From the NCBI RefSeq assembly GCF_001194135.2, contig NC_068982.1, positions 171,924,489 through 171,975,688 of the forward strand: DNA of 51,200 nucleotides, in the 5' to 3' direction. The notes beneath the pieces were generated by a model. It was given only the letters and a program-made list of their open reading frames with translations, was not told the origin of the DNA and made no database searches. This document shows positions 24,444 through 34,557 of the stretch, piece after piece (position 1 is the stretch's first letter; each line of letters begins with the position of its first letter). This DNA comes from Octopus bimaculoides. Lineage: Eukaryota. Made by a program: the position numbers and the translations under genes.

Positions 24444-24797
24444 TGGGTGTGGTTAGAAGTTTGCTGCCAAAGCACATGGTCCCACTGCACGGCATCTTGG
24501 GAAAGTGTCTTCGACTACAGCCCCGGGCCGACCAAAGCCTTGTGAGTGGGTTTGGTAGACGCAAACTTTATATGTGCGCATGTGTGTGTGCATGTGTGTG
24601 TGCATGTGTGTGTGTGTCCATTGGTGTCTTTGTGTCTGTGTTTCTCCCCGCCAACATTTATCAACCGGTGTTGGTGTATTTACGTCCCCGTAAATTAACG
24701 GTTCTGTAAAAAGACCTATAGAATAAGCACTAGGCTTCAAACAAGAAGATTAGTACTGTGGATTATTCGTTCGATTTCTTCAAGGCGGCGCCCCTGC
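24444..24797 (+). mobile_element. SINE A, diverged, with internal (TGTGTGCA)-type tract
   Basis: Aligns with 20866-21210 (ggccgaccaaagccttgtgagtgg; tttacgtccccgtaa; gaataagcactaggc). Confidence 0.85.
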
Positions 24798-25134
24798 GGA
24801 AACAATGAAAATGTAACAGATATACGCGCGCGTGCGTGCGTGCATGCATCTGTGTGTGCGTGGCAACAAATATTCATTTGTTTACTATCTTGGAACTAAG
24901 TGGCTCTGCTCTGAAAGATGAACCACGGAATAAGACCCAGGTAGGAAATAAGTACTGGGATTGATTTCATCACCTAAGCTCTTTCATGGTCGGCCATAGC
25001 AGGAGCATAGTTCAATGAATGAAGGAATAGAATGAAAGAATAAATGCATTTAATTATTTCATAATTTGTATTCATTACATTATTCATTACAAAATTCATC
25101 CAGAATCGCTGTCGTCATGGTCGTAATAATAATG

Positions 25135-25232
25135 ATTTCAAATTTTGGCACAAGGCTATCGATTTCGAGGTGTGAGATAGTCGATTACATTGACCCCAGT
25201 ACTCGACTAGTATTCATTTTATCGACCCCCAA
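25135..25232 (-). mobile_element. SINE B 3' fragment fused to the 5' end of a LINE
   Basis: ttcaaattttggcacaaggc...gtcgattacattgaccccag...tttatcgacccc is the reverse complement of the SINE B body and tail. Confidence 0.75.
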
Positions 25233-25830
25233 AAGGAACAGATCACGGAAATGTTCTGAACATAAACCAGAAGGAACTATTGAGAACAAGGAACCTAAGA
25301 TACTGTGGGATTTTACAATCCAATGTGATTCCATAATCGAGGCTCGGAGAACAGATATTGTTGCGGTAGATATATGAAAAAAGGAAACCAAGATCATAGA
25401 TATTGCAATACCTGGAGATGCCCGCATAAGTGACAAAGAACTAGGAAAGACAGAAAAGTACAGACTATTAAAAGACGAAATTGCAAGAATGTGGATTATG
25501 AGGAGAGCGTCTATAATTCCAGTAGTTGTAGGGGCGCTCGGAGCACTAAGAACCAATTTCGAGAAATATGTCAAAGAAATCGGAATTGACATAAGAGCAG
25601 AGCAAATCTCAAAAACTGCTCTGCTGGGGACAACTAGGATTTTGAGATTGGTACTTGGATGTTGAATGTCTCCCACGATAATTAGCAACCAATTATCAAA
25701 GCTTATAATGTGCGAAAAAAGACCCGGTGAGACCTCTGAGAGCAGGCTGCTGTCCGCTCTCACAGAATCTTTCAGAACAAACAAGACCGAAAGTTCTGAG
25801 AAGTAAAACAATAATAATAGTAACAATAAT
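25233..25830 (+). pseudogene. 5'-truncated R4/Dong-like LINE (REL endonuclease, 3' UTR, (TAA)n tail)
   Basis: One frame with a single internal stop (25375-25377): EHKPEGTIENKEPKILWDFTIQCDSIIEARRTDIVAVDI*KKETKIIDIAIPGDARISDKELGKTEKYRLLKDEIARMW...IIPVVVGALG...ISKTALLGTTRILRLVLGC* (stop 25663-25665). The 3' UTR has stems tgagagc/gctctca and tcagaac/gttctga, then aataataat. Confidence 0.93.
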
Positions 25831-25871
25831 AATAATAATGATAGTAGTAGTAGTAGTAGTAGTAGTAGTAA

Positions 25872-26308
25872 TCTTTCTATTAAAGGCACAAGGCCTGAAA
25901 TTTGGGGAGAGGTGACTAGTCGATTACATCTACCCCAGTGTTTCACTGGTACTTAATTTATCGATCCCAAAAGGATGGAAGGCAAAGTCACCCTCAGAGG
26001 AATTTGGACTTAGAACATAGCGACAGATTAAATACGATTTAGCATTTAGCCAGGTGTGCTAATAACTCTGTCAGCGCGCCGCCTTAATAATAATAATAAT
26101 AATTCTTTCTATTGGAAGTACAAGGCCTCAAATCTGGAGGAAGGGATTAAGTCTATTACATCAACCCCACTGCGTAACTGGTACTTATTTAATCGACCCT
26201 GAAAGGATAAGTCGACCTCGGCGGAATTTGAACTTAAATCGTAGCGGTAGACGAAATACCGGTAAGCATTTCGCTTGGCGTGCTAACGATTCTGCCAGCT
26301 CGCCACTT
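25872..26308 (-). mobile_element. Two head-to-tail SINE B copies (about 25872-26083 and 26104-26308) separated by (AAT)n
   Basis: Each copy has the tail tctttctatt...cacaaggcct.aaat and the head (g)ctcgccac/cgcgccgcctt on the plus strand; flanked by aat repeats. Confidence 0.88.
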
Positions 26309-26836
26309 TAATTGATAATAATAATTTTATTAATAATAATAATCATTATTATTATTATTATTGTCATCGTTGACATAATGGTTCAAGCTGTTGTAGATAA
26401 TAGCGGGTTTGGAGCTTCTCAGTGAATGTTATATTTCCGCAAGGACACTGCACATCTTTCTTCTTTTCAATGTTCTCCAAGTGTTCCAATTAGCAATCCG
26501 ATCAGTCAAGATGTCAGAAGATTCGTCAAAATGGAGAAGGTAGGTCACTTTTCAATGAAATCTCTGAAGTAGAATGTTTCCTGATCCGCAAACTAGCTCT
26601 TTCACTTGATGATGAAACCACATCCTTCTCCATGACATGAGAAAATCTAGGTGGCGAGTGCTTTTACCGCCCTTGGAAAACCGGAAGGTCAGAGTCGACT
26701 GCAATTTAATGGTATGGCAATAAATTTGTAAAGCAATAAATTTAACACAATAAATCATGAAGGAGACTCACTACTGTATCGCTACTGACTGACTTCGCCT
26801 AAATGTGATAACTATCATGAATAGCAAACGCGCATC

Positions 26837-26870
<34 letters not shown>

Positions 26871-27134
26871 NNNNNNNNNNNNNNNNNNNNNNNNNNNNNN
26901 NNNNNNNNNNNNNNNNNNNNNNNNNNNNNNNNNNNNNNNNNNNNNNNNNNNNNNNNNNNNNNNNNNNNNNNNNNNNNNNNNNNNNNNNNNNNNNNNNNNN
27001 NNNNNNNNNNNNNNNNNNNNNNNNNNNNNNNNNNNNNNNNNNNNNNNNNNNNNNNNNNNNNNNNNNNNNNNNNNNNNNNNNNNNNNNNNNNNNNNNNNNN
27101 NNNNNNNNNNNNNNNNNNNNNNNNNNNNNNNNNN

Positions 27135-27565
27135 ATACATACATACATACATTCGTACGTACATACATACATACATACATACATACATAAAAAATAGAAG
27201 ACATACAAAAAGATACATACATACGTACATACATACATACATCCATACATACATACATAATGCATACATATATACATGCATACATACATGCATACATCTA
27301 TACATACATACGTACATTCATACGTACATACATACATCTATACGTACATACATACATACATTCATACGTACATACATACATTCATACATACATACTTACA
27401 TGCATACGTACGTACATACATACATGCATACATGCATACATACACGCATACATCTATACATCTATACATACATACATACATTCGTACGTACATACATACA
27501 TACATACATACATACATACATACATTCATACGTACATACATACATCTATACATACATACACGCAC
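27135..27565. repeat. Degenerate (TACA)n satellite block
   Basis: catacata variants over about 430 bp; source of the HTYI/MYVC ORFs. Confidence 0.92.
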
Positions 27566-27730
27566 AAACACACATACTAGATTCATATAAATGAAATAGT
27601 AAGTAGTTTTCTAATAAGGAGAGACGTAGAGCATATGTTTGGAGGAGTACAGGAAAAATGGGAATAGCGGAGGGGAAAGGAGGAGCAAGAAGAGGAGGAG
27701 GGAGTATAAAGAAAATGAGACGAAGATACA

Positions 27731-27796
27731 TTTCTTTTATTAGCCACACAGGGCTCAACGAAGATGGGACAAATACAATGTAGAGCTTTTCTTTTT
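27731..27796 (-). mobile_element. Short 3'-terminal fragment of a putative LINE (second copy at 34917-34983, plus strand)
   Basis: aaagaaaagctctacattgtatttgtccc...gagccctgtgtggctaataaaagaa aligns with aagaaagctctactttgtaatttgtcc...tagccctgtgtggctataataaaaag at 34917. LINE identity is inferred. Confidence 0.5.
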
Positions 27797-27953
27797 GGGA
27801 GGGGAAGGAAAAAAAAGGGGGGACGATCAAAAGGGATCGTAGGAAGGAAAAGGGGGTAGTTCGATCAAAAGGGATCAAAAAAAAAAAAGGCCGATCAATA
27901 GGGGAAAGAAGCATCGTATAATGGCCGTACTAGTTTCTGTAACAGTATTAGTG

Positions 27954-28017
<64 letters not shown>

Positions 28018-28120
28018 GTATATATTGATAGATAAATGTGTGTGTATATATATAAGTATATATGTGTGTGTGTATGTGTGTATATGTACACACACACACG
28101 CTTATATATATATATATACA

Positions 28121-28174
<54 letters not shown>

Positions 28175-28414
28175 NNNNNNNNNNNNNNNNNNNNNNNNNN
28201 NNNNNNNNNNNNNNNNNNNNNNNNNNNNNNNNNNNNNNNNNNNNNNNNNNNNNNNNNNNNNNNNNNNNNNNNNNNNNNNNNNNNNNNNNNNNNNNNNNNN
28301 NNNNNNNNNNNNNNNNNNNNNNNNNNNNNNNNNNNNNNNNNNNNNNNNNNNNNNNNNNNNNNNNNNNNNNNNNNNNNNNNNNNNNNNNNNNNNNNNNNNN
28401 NNNNNNNNNNNNNN

Positions 28415-28499
<85 letters not shown>

Positions 28500-29067
28500 T
28501 AATGTCTGGTTTGTATTTAGGCAGCCACATCCGGTACGGTACAAGAAGGAGTAAGCACAGAGAAACGGCATACTAACTTCTCGAATGCCTCATAAAAATT
28601 CTAAAGTATTATTTTATTGTTTATAAAATATAGTATAAAACAACAATTAAGTCATCTTAATTAGTGTTAGTAATTTTGGGCTCTCTCGTTGCTTCATAAA
28701 GTATTATTTACTCGACATCTCGGGAATTCTGGAAAGACTTCAAAAATTCAAAGCAGTGCTGTTTTATAGCAACGAAATATACCATAAAACGGTATAATTA
28801 TGAATCCTAGTAGTCACTTATGTGAAAATGATAATTTATTTGTTAAATTTGATAACCGTAACATGTTGCCTTTCTGTTTGAACTGGTGACGTTGTTTACA
28901 TTCATTTTCAACAACTTTACCGCCAATATACATACGTACATCCATCCATCCATCCATCCATACATACATACATACATACATACATACATACATACATACA
29001 TACATACATACAAGAGTGCAACGCTCGCGTGTGTGTAAATAATATATATATTCTTTTATTTTTTTAA

Positions 29068-29245
29068 TCTTTTACACGTTTCAGTCTTTTGAATGCGGCC
29101 ATGCTGGAGCACGGCCTTTAGTCGAACAAATCGACCCCAGAACCTATGTTTTGTAAGTCTAGTACTTATTCTATCGTTTATTTCTGCCGTACCACTAAGT
29201 TACGTGGGCGTAAACGCACCAGCATCGGTTTCAAGCGACACACAA
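29068..29245 (-). mobile_element. SINE A, 3' half
   Basis: tttcagtc...gcggccatgctggagcac...tagtcgaacaaatcgacccc...gtacttattctatcg. Confidence 0.85.
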
Positions 29246-30162
29246 ACATATACACACACATACATATGCATACTTATATACACACATATATATATATATA
29301 TANNNNNNNNNNNNNNNNNNNNNNNNNNNNNNNNNNNNNNNNNNNNNNNNNNNNNNNNNNNNNNNNNNNNNNNNNNNNNNNNNNNNNNNNNNNNNNNNNN
29401 NNNNNNNNNNNNNNNNNNNNNNNNNNNNNNNNNNNNNNNNNNNNNNNNNNNNNNNNNNNNNNNNNNNNNNNNNNNNNNNNNNNNNNNNNNNNNNNNNNNN
29501 NNNNNNNNNNNNNNNNNNNNNNNNNNNNNNNNNNNNNNNNNNNNNNNNNNNNNNNNNNNNNNNNNNNNNNNNNNNNNNNNNNNNNNNNNNNNNNNNNNNN
29601 NNNNNNNNNNNNNNNNNNNNNNNNNNNNNNNNNNNNNNNNNNNNNNNNNNNNNNNNNNNNNNNNNNNNNNNNNNNNNNNNNNNNNNNNNNNNNNNNNNNN
29701 NNNNNNNNNNNNNNNNNNNNNNNNNNNNNNNNNNNNNNNNNNNNNNNNNNNNNNNNNNNNNNNNNNNNNNNNNNNNNNNNNNNNNNNNNNNNNNNNNNNN
29801 NNNNNNNNNNNNNNNNNNNNNNNNNNNNNNNNNNNNNNNNNNNNNNNNNNNNNNNNNNNNNNNNNNNNNNNNNNNNNNNNNNNNNNNNNNNNNNNNNNNN
29901 NNNNNNNNNNNNNNNNNNNNNNNNNNNNNNNNNNNNNNNNNNNNNNNNNNNNNNNNNNNNNNNNNNNNNNNNNNNNNNNNNNNTGTTCGTTCCGTTGTCT
30001 GTAGTTTATTGTTCTAACGTCCTGTACCCTGATATGCATGTATATACACATGTAGATGTAAGTATGTACATATATGTGTGTATACATGTATATATATTCT
30101 TTGTATTATTACATTATTGAACGCACACGTCCTATTTTACAAGTAAGTCTATATATATATAT

Positions 30163-30326
30163 ACGACGGGCTTCTTTCAGTTTCCGACTACCAAATCCAC
30201 TCACAAGGCTTTGGTCGGCCCGAGGCTATAGTTGAAGACTCTTGCCCAAGGTGCCACGTAGTGGGACTGAATCTTGAACCATGTAGTTAGTAAGCAAGCT
30301 ACTAACCACACAGCCACTTCTGCGTC
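30163..30326 (-). mobile_element. SINE A, 5' half including tRNA-like head
   Basis: acgacgggcttctttcagtttcc...cttgcccaaggtgccacg...cacacagccacttctgcg. Confidence 0.9.
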
Positions 30327-30339
30327 TATATACATATTA

Positions 30340-30476
30340 AAGTATTCTGCCGAGGTCGACTTTACCTTTCATCCTTTCGGGGTCGATAAATTAAGTACCA
30401 GTTGCATACTGGGGTCAATCTAATCGACTGACCCCATCCCGCAAAATTTCGGGCCTTCTGCCTAGAGTAGAAAAGT
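30340..30476 (+). mobile_element. 5'-truncated SINE B (tail type 2)
   Basis: ctgccgaggtcgactttacctttcatcctttcggggtcgataaattaagtaccag...ggccttctgcctagagtagaaaag. Confidence 0.85.
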
Positions 30477-30489
30477 ATTTATATATTAA

Positions 30490-30886
30490 AGGAAAAGGAA
30501 AACGAAACCAAGTCAGGACGAGTATCTCAGGTAATCCCAGGATTTACCTGCGATTATACTTAAGAGGCTATACCTTCACGGAAGTACCGACTAACCTCCG
30601 TAACCTCCGGAGCAAGATGAACTGTGAACTTTATTTTTCTGTCTTTATTCTACTATCTACTGTTTTATTCTTTTATATACTGTGAATTCTGTCTGGAACT
30701 TTCCTGCATATACACCTTGTCTCTAATGACAGAATACCTACTGTATAGAGATGTTGAACCATCACCTGGGTTATCCCAGAAACAGCTGTAAGACACTAAT
30801 TACTTCAACTTCTCTATTTTTGATTCACCGTACTCTAATTAAATTTTGTAAGTGACCTAAGATACTGGATTCGCTTTCCTTTTCCT
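30490..30886. mobile_element. 397-bp MITE with TTAA target duplication and AGG termini (Kolobok-like)
   Basis: ttaa|aggaaaaggaaaacgaaacca at the left end and tggattcgctttccttttcct|ttaa at the right: 21-bp TIRs with 2 mismatches. TTAA TSD plus purine-purine termini fit Kolobok rather than piggyBac (CCY termini). Confidence 0.72.
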
Positions 30887-31195
30887 TTAATATATACCTG
30901 CTGACTCGGAAGCCTACTGAGGATCCCTAGCTCCAGCCTCAGCTGTGAGCTTGCAACCTAACGGATGACCAATTATAAAACTTACGCAGCGTACCTATTG
31001 GTTTATATCATCAGTGAACTTAACCCTCATATTCTTTATATATATATATATATATAAATGAAGTAGTAAGTATGAGGGAGTAGGGAGGGGCTGAGGGGAG
31101 AGATGAAGGGGAACGGGAGAGTAAAGAAAAGAAAAGTAAGATAAATATAATTGAATGAAACGTATAATGGCCGTAGAAATGTGTCACTATACAAT

Positions 31196-31234
<39 letters not shown>

Positions 31235-32093
31235 NNNNNNNNNNNNNNNNNNNNNNNNNNNNNNNNNNNNNNNNNNNNNNNNNNNNNNNNNNNNNNNNNN
31301 NNNNNNNNNNNNNNNNNNNNNNNNNNNNNNNNNNNNNNNNNNNNNNNNNNNNNNNNNNNNNNNNNNNNNNNNNNNNNNNNNNNNNNNNNNNNNNNNNNNN
31401 NNNNNNNNNNNNNNNNNNNNNNNNNNNNNNNNNNNNNNNNNNNNNNNNNNNNNNNNNNNNNNNNNNNNNNNNNNNNNNNNNNNNNNNNNNNNNNNNNNNN
31501 NNNNNNNNNNNNNNNNNNNNNNNNNNNNNNNNNNNNNNNNNNNNNNNNNNNNNNNNNNNNNNNNNNNNNNNNNNNNNNNNNNNNNNNNNNNNNNNNNNNN
31601 NNNNNNNNNNNNNNNNNNNNNNNNNNNNNNNNNNNNNNNNNNNNNNNNNNNNNNNNNNNNNNNNNNNNNNNNNNNNNNNNNNNNNNNNNNNNNNNNNNNN
31701 NNNNNNNNNNNNNNNNNNNNNNNNNNNNNNNNNNNNNNNNNNNNNNNNNNNNNNNNNNNNNNNNNNNNNNNNNNNNNNNNNNNNNNNNNNNNNNNNNNNN
31801 NNNNNNNNNNNNNNNNNNNNNNNNNNNNNNNNNNNNNNNNNNNNNNNNNNNNNNNNNNNNNNNNNNNNNNNNNNNNNNNNNNNNNNNNNNNNNNNNNNNN
31901 NNNNNNNNNNNNNNNNNNNNNNNNNNNNNNNNNNNNNNNNNNNNNNNNNNNNNNNNNNNNNNNNNNNNNNNNNNNNNNNNNNNNNNNNNNNNNNNNNNNN
32001 NNNNNNNNNNNNNNNNNNNNNNNNNNNNNNNNNNNNNNNNNNNNNNNNNNATATATAATATCAATATCATATAATATATATGTGGTACATGTA

Positions 32094-32246
32094 GTATATA
32101 TCTGTACGTAGTATATATCTGTACGTAGTATATATGTGTGTGCAGTATATATCTGTACGTAGTATATATCTGTACGTAGTATATATGTGTGTGCAGTATA
32201 TATCTGTACGTAGTATATATCTGTACGTAGTATATATGTGTGTGTA
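32094..32246. repeat. Higher-order minisatellite (A-A-B)x3 with 17-bp monomers and a 51-bp period
   Basis: A=gtatatatctgtacgta, B=gtatatatgtgtgtgca (last B ends gta); nine monomers read directly. Confidence 0.95.
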
Positions 32247-32255
32247 GTATATATG

Positions 32256-32480
32256 TGTGTATCTTTATTTGCGTCTGTATTTGTCCTCCAACACCGCTTG
32301 TCAACCGGTGTTGATATTTTTACGTCCCCGTTAGTTAGAGGTTCGGCAAAAGAGAACGATAGAATAAGTACCAGGCTTTAAAAAAATAACTAAGTTCTGG
32401 GCTCGATTCGTTCGACTAAAAATTCTCCGAAGCAGTACCCCAGTATGGCTGCAGTGTAATGACTTGAAACAAGTAAAAGA
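32256..32480 (+). mobile_element. SINE A, 3' half
   Basis: gtatttgtcctccaacaccgcttgtcaaccggtgttg...ggttcggcaaaagag...gacttgaaacaagtaaaaga. Confidence 0.85.
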
Positions 32481-34202
32481 TATAAGTCTGTATATAATCT
32501 TTTTTTTTTCTTTTCACTCTCAGGGTTATCTTTCAATACTTTATTTCTAAGTGGCACGACATAGTTTCTTTCTGGACTTGTTTCCCTTGAAATATGTGTA
32601 TGTATGTTTGTATGTACATAGTGTATAATTATGTATGCCGAAGGGTTCTAACGATTGGTAAAAGGAAGTCACAGATGTCAAGAGAAACTGAAATACTAGA
32701 TTGAATTAGCATAAGTTAGTGGACAAGAAAATGTGATTCTAGCTGCATTTGAACTCGAAGTCTTGAACAGCACAAACTAGTACCACCACTATTGCTGTGA
32801 AAAGACCTCAACACAGCCACCGCCACAATAACAGTACACAAGCAAGAGGAGCAAATTTCAATTTAAAAAAATTAGGAGACATTAGACTATACTCTAGATA
32901 TAGAAAATGGAATCACCTTAGCTCGTTATTACATTAAGTCGTAAAAAGAAGTGGATTAGTAAGTTAGATCGCAAATCCTGCTTATTCAGATTTGCTTTAC
33001 ATCTTTCACGGCCGATGAAATAAAACACCAGTTAAGTACTAGATCAATATAATCGGCTGTTCAGGCCTCCCAGAATTTCTGGCTTTGTGATTGAGGTAAA
33101 AAAAATTATTATATTCAATTATAGAAAACACATAGAATTTGAAGACCAGTAACCGTGATGAAACTGGAATGAGATGAGAAGACCGTTTGTCGGGTAATGT
33201 TGATAGGTTGATCGTCCCCATGTTAATCCTTTTGAAGGAGCAGATTCAATAAAAGGTATTTCATTTATGTCTTCCACATCTATTTAGGACTATTTTGTTC
33301 ACATTTTCTAATCTGACCTTCCCTCTGTTCATATAATAATATGTGACTTGAAGGAAATTTTGCCTGCTCATTTCTGAGAGATCAAACAACCGCACAGAGG
33401 AATTTTTCAGCGCAAAAGGTAGATGCGGGGTGGCCCAGATCAGCTTTCATGGAACAGCAGACACATGATCATTGGGATGTCAACTATGGCCTCCTCACTG
33501 TAGTTTAGACAGTGTCTACTCCGGGCTACATGAGCCAGTGTACGTGTAGGTCCGTTTTTAAGACTCTAACGTATCAATCGAGGGAGATTTAGTTGCTATT
33601 TCTAACAGGTTAAGCGACCGTGTGAGGGCGCCATCGCTGGTTCGTTATGATAGACCTGCATGTAGTGGTAGGCTTAGTAATAAAGTCCGTGTCGGAATAG
33701 CGGGAATTAGAAAGAGGACGGTGGGTTTGACTATGTTGGTGTACGTGTGAAGAGATAATGGTGTGATATATACGTGTCTCCCCTACAATTACTGTCACCT
33801 TCTCCCCGGAAACCCCTCCCTATCTTGTCAACAATGTTATATGGATGGATGGAAGGATGAATGGATGGATGGAGAGAACAGTAGGGCAACGGTGGATGGG
33901 ATGTACAACAAACCTCCCCTCCATCAACCCACAACCCTTTAATCCTACCCTTCATTCTACCACAACATTGCTTCCCTTTTATTCCTCCCCACCCAACACT
34001 TTCTGACATCCATACCTTCTCCTCTCCCTTCCGCATTCATGATGCGCTCTTTTCCTCTTTCTCTTTCCCAGGCTGACCCTTCTTGTTTCGCATCCACTAT
34101 TAACGCTGTTCTCTTCGCTGCTGTCGAAATTTTGTTGTCCCCAGTCAATATCACCCCCGTCCCACAAATGAAGTGACCTTGCGAAAGAGCAACAGCTTCC
34201 TA

Positions 34203-34206
<4 letters not shown>

Positions 34207-34283
<77 letters not shown>
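34207..34283. repeat. (CT)n microsatellite
   Basis: Uninterrupted ctct run. Confidence 0.97.
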
Positions 34284-34286
<3 letters not shown>

Positions 34287-34360
34287 TCCTCAATTTATTT
34301 GTTTTTCTTCTTTATAAATCCCCTATAACTTTAAATTCCCTGACGCTCCTCCTTTCTGCA

Positions 34361-34447
34361 AGATAGATAGATAGATAAAATGGCCGTTATATTGACTATA
34401 AGTTTCTCATAGTAAATATAACGGCCATTTTTTCTATCTATCTATCT
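34361..34447. repeat. 87-bp palindrome at a (GATA)n to (TATC)n polarity switch
   Basis: Core arms aaaatggccgttatatt / aatataacggccatttt (17 bp perfect), plus actat/atagt, a 9-nt loop, and outer agatagatagataga arms. Confidence 0.9.
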
Positions 34448-34476
34448 AGATTAATTCTATCTATCTAGCTAGCTAG

Positions 34477-34510
<34 letters not shown>

Positions 34511-34511
34511 G

Positions 34512-34557
<46 letters not shown>

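Noticed and set aside
25185-25946. 253-aa minus-strand ORF
   Set aside because: Antisense shadow of the Dong-like LINE ORF plus microsatellite and SINE sequence.
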